Below, piece by piece: positions 1 through 8,425 of a stretch of DNA of 64,000 nt. The number at the start of each line of letters is the position of its first letter. The first letter of the stretch is position 1. Location of the stretch: NCBI GenBank assembly GCA_050013595.1, contig JBEKEY010000001.1, forward strand, positions 10,044 through 74,043. Reading direction: 5' to 3'. The notes under the pieces were generated by a model. The model made no database searches, was not told the origin of the DNA, and saw nothing but the letters and a program-made list of their open reading frames with translations. The stretch is from Thermoplasmata archaeon. GTDB taxonomy: Archaea > Thermoplasmatota > Thermoplasmata > Lutacidiplasmatales > UBA184. The translations under genes and the position numbers were made by a program.

Positions 1-121
1 GGCCGAGGAAGGCGAACAGGCGGCCCTTCTCGATGTCGAGGTCGACCCGGTCGAGCGCGCGGACCGGGCGCGGGCCTTTCCGGTAGGTCTTCGAAAGACC
101 CCGGGCCTCGAGGATCGCCAT
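1..121 (-). CDS. ABC transporter ATP-binding protein (N-terminus only, runs off window)
   Basis: Manual translation MAILEARGLSKTYRKGPRPVRALDRVDLDIEKGRLFAFLG, the typical ABC ATPase N-terminus leading into Walker A. Confidence 0.85.
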   Translation of the reverse strand, partial: MAILEARGLSKTYRKGPRPVRALDRVDLDIEKGRLFAFLG

Positions 122-178
122 GGTCCCCCGCCGAGCCACGAGCCCCGAAAAGGCTGGCGGCGCAGCGGTGGGCGGTCC

Positions 179-1816
179 TCAGGCCGCTCGTGCGCCCGCG
201 AGGAGCGGCTCGAGGAGGCCGATGGGCGGACAACCGAGACCGAGGAGCGTGTCGTGGAAGGAACGTAGGTTCCCGTGGAACCGGCTCGCGAGGAGTCGGG
301 ACCGGGCGCCCAGGATCGCGAGCTTCCCGAGCGTGTAGCAGAAGTACTCGGGGTTGAACGTTCCTCGGATCGCTTCGCGTTCGGCCGGGAGCCGCTCCAT
401 GTATCCCTCCTTCTGGAAGAACTGCGTCCCCTCCTCGAGCGTCATTCTCGCGGTGTGGAGACCGATGGAGACGAGCAGCCGGCAATCGCGCAGGAGGGCG
501 TCGTGGATCTGGGCGACCTCCGCAAGCGGGCTCTCCCGGCCGAGGCCCTTCTCGATCGCAAGCTGCTCGGTGTAGTGGGCCCATCCCTCGATGAACGAGG
601 GAGAGAGGTAGACCTTCCGAGCGAGGCTGGCCGAGGACAATCGGAAGTGCAGGAACTGTAGGTAGTGTCCCGGGTACACTTCGTGGACCGTGACGTTCCG
701 CAGCATCGGTCGGTTGAGCGAGCGTAGCCATTGCTCCTGCTGTTTCTCGGTCCACTTCGGGTCGACCGGGGTCACGTAGTAGATCCCCTCGGGCGAGGAG
801 GCATCGAACGGTCCGGGAGGGTTCATGCTCGCGGTCGAGAGCGCGCGGCTCCAGACCGGCGTCTCCTCGACCCGACATCGGGCTTCCGCCGGTACGGTCG
901 CGAGGTCCTCGGCTTCCACGAACCGTCGCGTCTCCTCCACGTACGCGGTCGCGGTGGGGATCACCTCGGCCGCCGAGGGATGACCTAGGAAGAGTCGTTC
1001 GAGAATCTCCGGCACCGTGACGTTCTCCGCCCGCGCGATCTCCGCCAGGCGATGCTGGTTCCGAGCGAGGTCGGCCACGCCCGCCTGTCGGATCTCCTCG
1101 AACGGGGTCTCGACCCCTTCGCGAACGAACAGGAGTCGTTGGAAGCGCGCCGGGCCGAGGGCAAAGTCGGGGACCGCTCCGGGAACATGGTGCTCCCGGA
1201 GCCAGGCCAGGAACTCGGTGACAGCCGCCTCGGCGGGGATGCGGGCGGTCCGGACCGAGTCCTCGAGGTGCGACCGGGCGGCGAACTCCTCGGCCTCGGC
1301 AAAGTGGGCGGCCAGACCGCCCCCGATCGCGAGCGAAAGGTCGAGGAACGGCTTCGGCAAGGGCGCGCGCAAGCGTTCCCGACCGACCGAGAGGAGTCGG
1401 GGGACCTGCTCGAGCGCGCGGACGATCGCGCCCACCCGTCGGTCGACGGGGGCGTAGTCGCGGGAAAGATACGACGTGAGCGAGACGGCTCCGAGGTAGT
1501 TCATCGGGTTCCGCTCGAGGTCGGAGACCATGCGGATGTCGAAGAGCGGGCTCTCGAGCAGTAGGCTCAGGAGGAATCCGTCGGTCTTCCGCCCGGTCGG
1601 CAGCGACTCCCGAGGAACGCTGGCAAGTCGCTGGAGCAGGGCATCCGCACCCTCGACCCAACGTTCGGTCGCCGCCGTGGATAGGTCGGGAAGTCGGCCG
1701 TCGTACTCGTGCAGTCCGAGCCCTACCGCGTAGGAGGGCGAGAGCGCGAACACATGGTCGACGACACTTCGCTCGATCGCGTTGAACTCGGTGGCCGCGG
1801 TATCGGAAGAACTCAT
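179..1816 (-). CDS. DUF885 family putative metallopeptidase
   Basis: HEVYPGHYLQ, FIEGWAHYTE and YTLGKL motifs; ATG at 1816 (MSSSDT) preferred. Confidence 0.85.
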   Translation of the reverse strand: MSSSDTAATEFNAIERSVVDHVFALSPSYAVGLGLHEYDGRLPDLSTAATERWVEGADALLQRLASVPRESLPTGRKTDGFLLSLLLESPLFDIRMVSDLERNPMNYLGAVSLTSYLSRDYAPVDRRVGAIVRALEQVPRLLSVGRERLRAPLPKPFLDLSLAIGGGLAAHFAEAEEFAARSHLEDSVRTARIPAEAAVTEFLAWLREHHVPGAVPDFALGPARFQRLLFVREGVETPFEEIRQAGVADLARNQHRLAEIARAENVTVPEILERLFLGHPSAAEVIPTATAYVEETRRFVEAEDLATVPAEARCRVEETPVWSRALSTASMNPPGPFDASSPEGIYYVTPVDPKWTEKQQEQWLRSLNRPMLRNVTVHEVYPGHYLQFLHFRLSSASLARKVYLSPSFIEGWAHYTEQLAIEKGLGRESPLAEVAQIHDALLRDCRLLVSIGLHTARMTLEEGTQFFQKEGYMERLPAEREAIRGTFNPEYFCYTLGKLAILGARSRLLASRFHGNLRSFHDTLLGLGCPPIGLLEPLLAGARAA

Positions 1817-1886
1817 GGTAGCGAAGGTCGGGGAACGGGTGAGGCTCAAAAGGTCACGGGCGAGAGTGCGGGTGGCGGGACTCGGC

Positions 1887-2192
1887 TCACTCGACCCAGG
1901 TCATGCGGCAGGTAGGGCAGGTGCGGCCCTCGAGAGGGGTTCCGCACACGAAGCATTTCGGAAGTCGGTCGGACGCGGGCGAGGCCGATACGCTCGGCTC
2001 GGCCGGACGGTCCGGGAGGGGCGGCGGTATCCGGGTCGGCTCGAGGGTCGTCGGTGTCGGGGCCGGCGCGACCACCGGCTCGGGGACACTCTCGGTCGGC
2101 GGCTCGGTGGGAGGGGGCGATTCGTCCGGGAGAGGCTCCTCGGTTCCCCCCTCGTCCTCCTTGTCCCGGCGAAAGCGTCGGAAGAGCGACAT
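1887..2192 (-). CDS. Small zinc-ribbon protein with Pro-rich linker
   Basis: MSLFRRFRR N-terminus, P/E/T-rich middle, C-terminal CFVC-x8-CPTC. Confidence 0.65.
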   Translation of the reverse strand: MSLFRRFRRDKEDEGGTEEPLPDESPPPTEPPTESVPEPVVAPAPTPTTLEPTRIPPPLPDRPAEPSVSASPASDRLPKCFVCGTPLEGRTCPTCRMTWVE

Positions 2193-2276
2193 CCGCCGGA
2201 GCGAGCCGAATTCCCTTCATTACACCACCGTTCGGCGAACCGCACACGTTTTTCGGTCGGACCGGTTCCCGCGTCC

Positions 2277-2741
2277 ATGACCCCGACTCCCTCCGAACGG
2301 CTTCGTGAGCTCGGCCTGGTCCTTCCCTCGCCGCCCAAGCCGGCCGGCACCTACACTCCCGTGGTGCGTGACGGGCCGCGGGCCTGGGTCTCGGGGCAGA
2401 TCGTGACCGAGGCCGGAAACGTCCTCCATCCGGGGCTCGTGGACCGGGACGTTTCGGTGGACGTCGCTCGGGAGCTCGCCCGCCGCGCGACGCTCCAGGC
2501 GCTCAGCGCCCTCGCGGCGGAACTGGGTTCGATCGACCACGTCCAGGGATTCCTCCGCGTGGCCGTCTTCGTGGCTTCCTCGCCGGGATTCGGTCGCCAG
2601 CACGAAGTGGCGAACGGCGCCACGGACCTTCTCGTCCAAATCTTCGGAGACGCGGGGCGACCGGCGCGAGCCGCAGTGGGCGTCGCCGGCCTACCGCTCA
2701 ACGCTCCCGTCGAGGTCGAGTTCTTGGCCAGGACGGTCTAG
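2277..2741 (+). CDS. RidA/YjgF family protein
   Basis: LPSPPKPAGTY, VSGQ, VANGATDLL, ARAAVGVAGLPLNAPVEVE; ATG at 2277. Confidence 0.9.
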   Translation: MTPTPSERLRELGLVLPSPPKPAGTYTPVVRDGPRAWVSGQIVTEAGNVLHPGLVDRDVSVDVARELARRATLQALSALAAELGSIDHVQGFLRVAVFVASSPGFGRQHEVANGATDLLVQIFGDAGRPARAAVGVAGLPLNAPVEVEFLARTV

Positions 2742-2748
2742 ACCGCTC

Positions 2749-3405
2749 GTGAAGCCCGCTACCTGGGACGGGGTCTATCGCGACGGCCGTGACCTCTACA
2801 CCCGCAATCGGAACCCGGGAACGAAGGTCTACGGGGAACCGCTTTCGACGGTCGAGGGTGTCGAGTACCGCGAGTGGGACCCGTTCCGCTCGAAGGCGGC
2901 GGCCCTGCTCCTCAAGGGAGCGCCGGCGGACGTCCTCGGTCGACCTCGCACCGTGCTCTACCTCGGGGCCGCGCACGGCACGACCGCGAGCCACCTCTCG
3001 GACCTCTGGCCCGACGCGACGATCTTCGCGATCGAGAAGAGCCCGACGTCGTTCGCCCCGCTCCTCGCGCTCGCCCGGACGCGACCCGGCCTCGTCCCGA
3101 TCCTCGCTGATGCCCAGCTGCCCGAGCGTTACCAAGCGGACGTCGGGGCGGTCGACTTCCTCTACCAGGACGTTGCGCAGCGGAACCAGGCCGGCATCTT
3201 CGTCGAGAACGCTCGGGCGTGCCTCGCGCCGCGAGGGAACGGGGTCCTGATGCTCAAGGTTCGGTCGGTGACGCAACAACGTTCGACGGCGGCCGTCGTC
3301 CGGGAGGCCCGCGGCGCGATCGTCGCGGCCCACCTCGCGGTTACCTACGAGACGGCTCTCGCTCCCTTCTCGCGCGAGCACGTCGCGCTCGCGGTCTCGG
3401 CGTAG
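2749..3405 (+). CDS. flpA: Fibrillarin-like rRNA/tRNA 2'-O-methyltransferase
   Basis: KVYGE, YREWDPFRSK, VLYLGAAHGTTASH, YQDVAQRNQ motifs. Confidence 0.95.
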   Translation: MKPATWDGVYRDGRDLYTRNRNPGTKVYGEPLSTVEGVEYREWDPFRSKAAALLLKGAPADVLGRPRTVLYLGAAHGTTASHLSDLWPDATIFAIEKSPTSFAPLLALARTRPGLVPILADAQLPERYQADVGAVDFLYQDVAQRNQAGIFVENARACLAPRGNGVLMLKVRSVTQQRSTAAVVREARGAIVAAHLAVTYETALAPFSREHVALAVSA

Positions 3406-3480
3406 CGGTCCACGTTCCATCCACCGCCGGGAACTGGCGCGAAAAGTATCCCCCTCCCCTCCTCGACCGCGGAGGGTTGT

Positions 3481-5745
3481 GTGACGGGATCGGGCGGCTC
3501 GCGAGCGGCACCCTTGCTTCCGCTCGCGGTGGATTCGATACTCCTGGCCGGGATGCTTTTCGCGACCGTCGCTCATTCGGGGGCTCCGGTCACCTCGACC
3601 TCGCTCGCGAACGCCGTCACGCATTCGTCGGTCGTCGCTTCGGGAGTGGACCTCGCCGTCGACCCACCCTCCTACTGGATGCGGAGCGGAACGAACGTCA
3701 CGCTCGAGGCCGTCTGGACCTCGGGCTCTCCGTTGTGTCGCGTCACTCCACTCTGGTATGGCTGGTCGGTGGATTCTGGCAACGCCACGGGATTCCTGAA
3801 CAACACGTCCGGCCCGTCCACGACGTTCATCGCGGATTCGTTCGACTCGGGAACGGTCCGAGCGGTGGCCCGGGCGGTGGCCGAGGTCGACTGCGGCGCG
3901 AACCAGACCGTGATCGACCGCACGAACGAGGCGAACCTCTCGGTCGTCGCACCGATATCGCTCTCCGGCATCGCGTTCGGTCCGAGCCCGCTCTTCCCCG
4001 GCGATTCGGGAAACCTCGACGGGACGATCGTTGGTGGCGACCCCCCCTACCGGTTGGACGTTTCCTGGGGCGATGGAACTCGCTCGCAGCTGCAACTTCC
4101 GGGCCCGGGCCCATTCTCGGCGAGCCACCAGTACCCGGCCGGCGAGTTCGTTCCTTCGGTTTCCGCAGGGGATGCGGACAGCGACCTTGTCAACGCATCC
4201 GTGGAAGAGACCGTTTCGGTCGGGAACGGTCTCGAGGTGGGAATTCTGCCGGCCCGCATCGGGGCCGAGGTCGGAGTCCCACTTCAGTTCACGGGCGTGG
4301 CCGAGGGTCCTTCGCAAGACCTGACCCCGCTGGTCGATTGTTCGAATGCCACCTTAGGCTCGGCCGAAACGACCGCGAACGCGACGGTGTTCTCCTGCAC
4401 GTTCACGTCACCGGGAACGGCGGAGGTCCTCTTCGGGGAGTTTTCCCATCGCCCCGGAGGACCATCGGCGAGCGTCGTTCTCTATGAGCCGGTGGTCGAC
4501 CCACCCACCGTGTCGATCGAACCCGTGGATTCGACCGCGGAGGCGGGTGGCGCGGACCCGATGCGGGTCGGTGTGTCGGGAGGCGTCATGCCGATCTCAC
4601 TCTCCTGGAACCTTTCCGGGAATCTCTCGAGCGGCCAGACGACCCTCTGGTCCGACGGGGACGGCGTCATCTCGCTCTCACTCCCGACGGCGGGCGATTA
4701 CGCAGTCGGGGTTCAGGCGAGCGATGCTCTCGGAGGCACCGACGCGAACGGAACGGGGGACTTACGAGTGGACGCGCCACTGAAGGCCAACGCCACCGGC
4801 GCGAGTATGCTCCTCACGGACGGCGCGTACGCCGAGGTCGGCGTCGACGCGCTTTCCGGGTGCCCGCCGTTCTCCTGGTGGGTAGTTCCCGACCTTCCTC
4901 CGTCCACCGGATCGGCCGGGGCCGGCGTCCTCGCGACCGTCGGTCAGTTCACCTGGAACGGGTCGTACGCCATCGAGGGCAATCTCACGTTCACGGCCGG
5001 GGTGACCGACGAATGCGGGGCCGCCTGGCAGACGGAATTCGAGATTTCGCTCGTCCCCAGACTGTCCGCCCTCGCAAGTGTGAAACCGGCGCCTTCTTCG
5101 TCCAACGAGACACTCGCAGTGAACCTGTCGATCCAGGGTGGCTTGCCACCCTATCGAGTTTCCGCGAATGCGAGCGACGGGGAATCCTGGAATCGGACCC
5201 TCCTTTCGGATGGCGCCTACGAATGGTTGCTCGCAACGGACGGGAACGGGTCCTTGCTGGTGGTCATTTCGGTAGCGGATTCTCTGGGCGACGTCGTAGC
5301 CACCAATCTCTCGGTGATTCTCGTTTCTCCGGTGCATCCAACCACACCCTCTCCTCCCGCAGAGCCTCCCCCGCCGTCGACCACCCCGGGCTCTCCGACT
5401 AACTCGTCGGACCCTTCACTGACCGACTCGAGCTGCATTCCGATCGCCGTGTTCTTGTTCGCAGTCGCTGCGGTAAGCGTGGTAGTGATCGGGTGGCGTC
5501 GGAGAACCCGAAACGGCTCTCGGGATGGGCCCGGGCCCGACCCGGTGGCGACACTTCGACGAATTATCGAACCGGCCGAGGGCGCGGAGCGATTCACCGT
5601 CGAACTCCTTGCGGAGGAAGCGGGGATTCCAATCACGGAAGTGCGCTCGACCATTGATCGATTGATCTCCGAAAGGAGGATTCGCTCCGAAAGCGGCGCT
5701 GACGGAGAGGAGGTGCTCTCGTGGTCGTCCGAAGCTGGTTCATAG
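3481..5745 (+). CDS. Large membrane-anchored surface protein (Ig/PKD-like repeats, C-terminal TM helix, cytoplasmic winged-helix-like tail)
   Basis: N-terminal signal; repeated GGxPPY/VSWGDG beta-sandwich motifs; many N-x-S/T sequons; Pro/Ser/Thr linker; TM helix followed by WRRR; C-terminal ELLAEEAGIPITEVRSTIDRLISERRI. Confidence 0.75.
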   Translation: MTGSGGSRAAPLLPLAVDSILLAGMLFATVAHSGAPVTSTSLANAVTHSSVVASGVDLAVDPPSYWMRSGTNVTLEAVWTSGSPLCRVTPLWYGWSVDSGNATGFLNNTSGPSTTFIADSFDSGTVRAVARAVAEVDCGANQTVIDRTNEANLSVVAPISLSGIAFGPSPLFPGDSGNLDGTIVGGDPPYRLDVSWGDGTRSQLQLPGPGPFSASHQYPAGEFVPSVSAGDADSDLVNASVEETVSVGNGLEVGILPARIGAEVGVPLQFTGVAEGPSQDLTPLVDCSNATLGSAETTANATVFSCTFTSPGTAEVLFGEFSHRPGGPSASVVLYEPVVDPPTVSIEPVDSTAEAGGADPMRVGVSGGVMPISLSWNLSGNLSSGQTTLWSDGDGVISLSLPTAGDYAVGVQASDALGGTDANGTGDLRVDAPLKANATGASMLLTDGAYAEVGVDALSGCPPFSWWVVPDLPPSTGSAGAGVLATVGQFTWNGSYAIEGNLTFTAGVTDECGAAWQTEFEISLVPRLSALASVKPAPSSSNETLAVNLSIQGGLPPYRVSANASDGESWNRTLLSDGAYEWLLATDGNGSLLVVISVADSLGDVVATNLSVILVSPVHPTTPSPPAEPPPPSTTPGSPTNSSDPSLTDSSCIPIAVFLFAVAAVSVVVIGWRRRTRNGSRDGPGPDPVATLRRIIEPAEGAERFTVELLAEEAGIPITEVRSTIDRLISERRIRSESGADGEEVLSWSSEAGS

Positions 5746-6128
5746 TGGGCGGTCCTGGAATCCCGTCCGGTGGACACCGTGCTGTCGCCTTGCTCCTGGT
5801 CGCCCTGTCGGCCATCCCGATGCCGGGGATTCATGCCACGCTCCATCCGGCCGAGGTCACTCAGACTTTCTCCGCGACCCCTTCCACGCCCGTTAGCAAT
5901 TTTACGGCGTCGATCGATCGATTGGTCGACTTGGTGGCTTTTGCCGGTAGCGGAATCCTATCGCTCGTCTGGGCCCGGGTCGCGTTAAGCTGGTTTTCGA
6001 ACGATATCACGAAGAAGATCCAGGCTAAGGACCGCGCCCGGGACGCTCTCGTCGGTACGTTGCTGTTCATGGCAGCGGTCACCGGCCTCCTCTACGGGCT
6101 CGCCCATTGGGTTCTGACGGGCAGTTAG
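5745..6128 (+). CDS. VirB2/TrbC/CedA1-like conjugative-type pilin
   Basis: GTG overlaps the upstream TAG; signal-like N-terminus, then two hydrophobic helices joined by a basic loop KKIQAKDRARDALVG, as in T4SS pilins. Confidence 0.65.
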   Translation: MGGPGIPSGGHRAVALLLVALSAIPMPGIHATLHPAEVTQTFSATPSTPVSNFTASIDRLVDLVAFAGSGILSLVWARVALSWFSNDITKKIQAKDRARDALVGTLLFMAAVTGLLYGLAHWVLTGS

Positions 6129-6136
6129 AGGGACCC

Positions 6137-7270
6137 ATGCCGATTCCCTCCCTTGATCTGGGTGACCTCGTCCGGGCGATCCTGTTCGCGATCTTTGGGG
6201 ATCTCACCGCGGTCATCACGGCCATCATTGGACCAACGTACGACAATATTCTCGTCCCCGAGCTCCAGACCGGTGCGCTCTTTCCTTCTCTCTTCGGCCC
6301 GGGAACTGGAGGGGTGACCTATCTTTCCACGGCCGCGCGGTTCTCGGATTTCATCCTCTCGAATGTCGTGGATCCGGCAGTCGCCCTCGTCGCTCTCGGA
6401 GTCGCGATTCTCTACCTGTCTCGATCGGTCGTTACCCGGTGGGCGGACGGATTGGACGCACTCCTCCCTCGTCTGGTCCTCGGGGTTGTCGGGGCGAACT
6501 TCACCGTCCCGATCGCGGGTGCCATCCTGGGGGTAGCCGGAGGCCTTTACCCGGTGGTATCCGGCTGGGACGGAGGAACCTGGCAGCACTGGGTGAATCT
6601 CGCTGGCTGGGGACAGGTCGCGTTTTCGTGGGACAATGGGGCGCTCGCGTTCGTGCTATCGTTGGTCGAGTTCGCCGCCGTGTTCGCCCTCTTGCTTGCG
6701 GTGGGTATCCGGGACGCAGTTCTGGCGGTGTTGCTCGTCCTCCTGCCGATCTTCACCCTGTTGTGGCCGCTCCGCCCACTCTCCCCGCTGGCTCGGAGAG
6801 GATGGCTCCTCTTCGCCGAACTAGCGTTCCTGCCGTGCGTGCTCGTCATCCCTCTCGAACTCGCCGTCGCGAGCCCCAGTCCCGTCATGCTGGTCTCCTA
6901 CCTCGCCGTCGCGGTGGCCTCGCCGTTCTTCCTCTCGTTGGCCGGCACCAACCTGGTCTCCTTCGGTTTCGGCGGCGCGTCGAACGTCGTCCATTCTAAC
7001 GTCCAACGCGGGCTCGCGGTCGCCCCCTCCGCTGCCACGTCCTCGTTGGGACCTGTGGCGAACGGGGCTCGGTCGAGCGGTGCTGCCGGCCGCGCGCTCG
7101 CGGGAACGGCACGGGTCGCCGGATCAGCGGCGGCGCCGGCGGCCGCCCCGCTCGCCGTCGGTGAGTTGCTTGGCCAGGGAGCCTGGCATCTCATCGGGCA
7201 CCTCCGTCCCTCGTCAGAGAAGAACGGTCCCGGGGGTCAACCGCCCCTACGCAACGGAGGGTCGAAATGA
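6137..7270 (+). CDS. VirB6/CedA-like polytopic membrane protein
   Basis: About 6-8 TM helices with a VirB6-like pattern (PRLVLGVVGANF...IRDAVLAVLLVLLPI...W) and a Gly/Ala-rich tail; lies between pilin and VirB4 genes. Confidence 0.6.
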   Translation: MPIPSLDLGDLVRAILFAIFGDLTAVITAIIGPTYDNILVPELQTGALFPSLFGPGTGGVTYLSTAARFSDFILSNVVDPAVALVALGVAILYLSRSVVTRWADGLDALLPRLVLGVVGANFTVPIAGAILGVAGGLYPVVSGWDGGTWQHWVNLAGWGQVAFSWDNGALAFVLSLVEFAAVFALLLAVGIRDAVLAVLLVLLPIFTLLWPLRPLSPLARRGWLLFAELAFLPCVLVIPLELAVASPSPVMLVSYLAVAVASPFFLSLAGTNLVSFGFGGASNVVHSNVQRGLAVAPSAATSSLGPVANGARSSGAAGRALAGTARVAGSAAAPAAAPLAVGELLGQGAWHLIGHLRPSSEKNGPGGQPPLRNGGSK

Positions 7271-7271
7271 C

Positions 7272-8054
7272 ATGGCCGAACCCGAGGCCGGATCTCCTGT
7301 CATCGTGCTACCCGAACGGCTGGGCCGTCGAATGCGACTCGGACCGTTTCCGTCGTCCCGCGACGCCCTCAAGTTTGTCATCTACGCCGCCACCGGGGCC
7401 CTCTTGGCGTCGTTCACGAGCCCATGGTTGTGGCTACCGTTCGTACTGGTCGGATTCGCGGTCTCGGTCTGGCGCCCGGAGGGACGAGCGGTCGACGAGC
7501 GTCTCCTCGTCTTCGCAGTCTGGAGACTCCGGTCCTGGGGTCTAGGGAAGGCCGTGAAGAGCGCGAACTCCCGCCCGCTCGTTCGACAGGGACTCCTGCA
7601 GCTCGCGTCCCACCGATACGTGGCGGTCGTTCGTACCGGGGGTTCGCCGATGGCCTACCTGCCGCCGGACGAGTTGGCCCGACGCTTCGAACTCTATCGC
7701 GAATTGATTCGGTCCACGGAGGGAGGGTTCTCGTTGCTATCGACCGTGGTGCCGATCCGCTCCCAAACGGTTAGGCCCTCGACGACTCCGGGAGAGGGGC
7801 CCGAGGCGTCCGCCCGTGCAGGGTATTCCGAGCTGGTCCTCTTACTCTGCCGACGTCGGCTCCTGCGCCGGGTCTACTTCGTCCTCGGAGCTGTCGGAGC
7901 CAGCACGGACTCCGTCGCCTTACTCGAAGGACGGGTCGCGAGCTTGGTCGAGCGGCTGAGTTCTCTCGGCCTCCGACCGACACGACTTCGGGATCGTGCC
8001 CTGGCCGAAGCGGCCCACCGCTTTGGATGGGCGGCAGAGGTGACCCGCCAGTGA
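7272..8054 (+). CDS. PrgI/VirB3-like membrane protein with a soluble C-terminal domain resembling the VirB4/TraC N-terminus
   Basis: LPERLGRRMRLGPF + 2 TM + RPEGRAVDE (PrgI-like pattern); C-terminus RRVYFVL...LVERLSSLGLRPTRL. Confidence 0.6.
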   Translation: MAEPEAGSPVIVLPERLGRRMRLGPFPSSRDALKFVIYAATGALLASFTSPWLWLPFVLVGFAVSVWRPEGRAVDERLLVFAVWRLRSWGLGKAVKSANSRPLVRQGLLQLASHRYVAVVRTGGSPMAYLPPDELARRFELYRELIRSTEGGFSLLSTVVPIRSQTVRPSTTPGEGPEASARAGYSELVLLLCRRRLLRRVYFVLGAVGASTDSVALLEGRVASLVERLSSLGLRPTRLRDRALAEAAHRFGWAAEVTRQ

Positions 8055-8425
8055 AAGACGATGTCAGGGTTACGCCCATCTTCGAGTTCGAGGCGTTCGG
8101 TGCGGCCGTCGGGTCGGCGGTTGTCTGCGGGGCACTTTCCTTGATCGTCCCGCTCCTCATTGCCCCTACGGCTACCCTTGTTTGCCTCGCACTCGCGGGA
8201 TGGGTTTCGACCAGCCGACGGCGAGGGCCACTCACCCTTAGCGGCCTCGGCAATTCCTCCCTCGCTGCACTCTGCGTTCTCGGCGGGTCCGCCGCAGGAT
8301 TCCTGACGGCTCCGTCGTTCCTGGCACCGTTCCGGGGCCTCCTCCTTGCAGGAGGATTGGTCCCCCTCTTCCTGGCCGAACGAACTCGCTCGATTCACCC
8401 CCTGCCGGTGTTCACCCGTTCATGA
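8051..8425 (+). CDS. Small 4-TM membrane protein of the T4SS-like operon
   Basis: GTGA and ATGA overlaps with both neighbours; four hydrophobic segments. Confidence 0.65.
   Translation: MKDDVRVTPIFEFEAFGAAVGSAVVCGALSLIVPLLIAPTATLVCLALAGWVSTSRRRGPLTLSGLGNSSLAALCVLGGSAAGFLTAPSFLAPFRGLLLAGGLVPLFLAERTRSIHPLPVFTRS

Noticed and set aside
2698..4317. Long antisense or alternate-frame ORFs (also 30028-31107, 39917-41899, 51887-53788, 60146-62083)
   Set aside because: Arg/Gly/Pro-rich shadow frames of well-supported genes, expected in high-GC DNA
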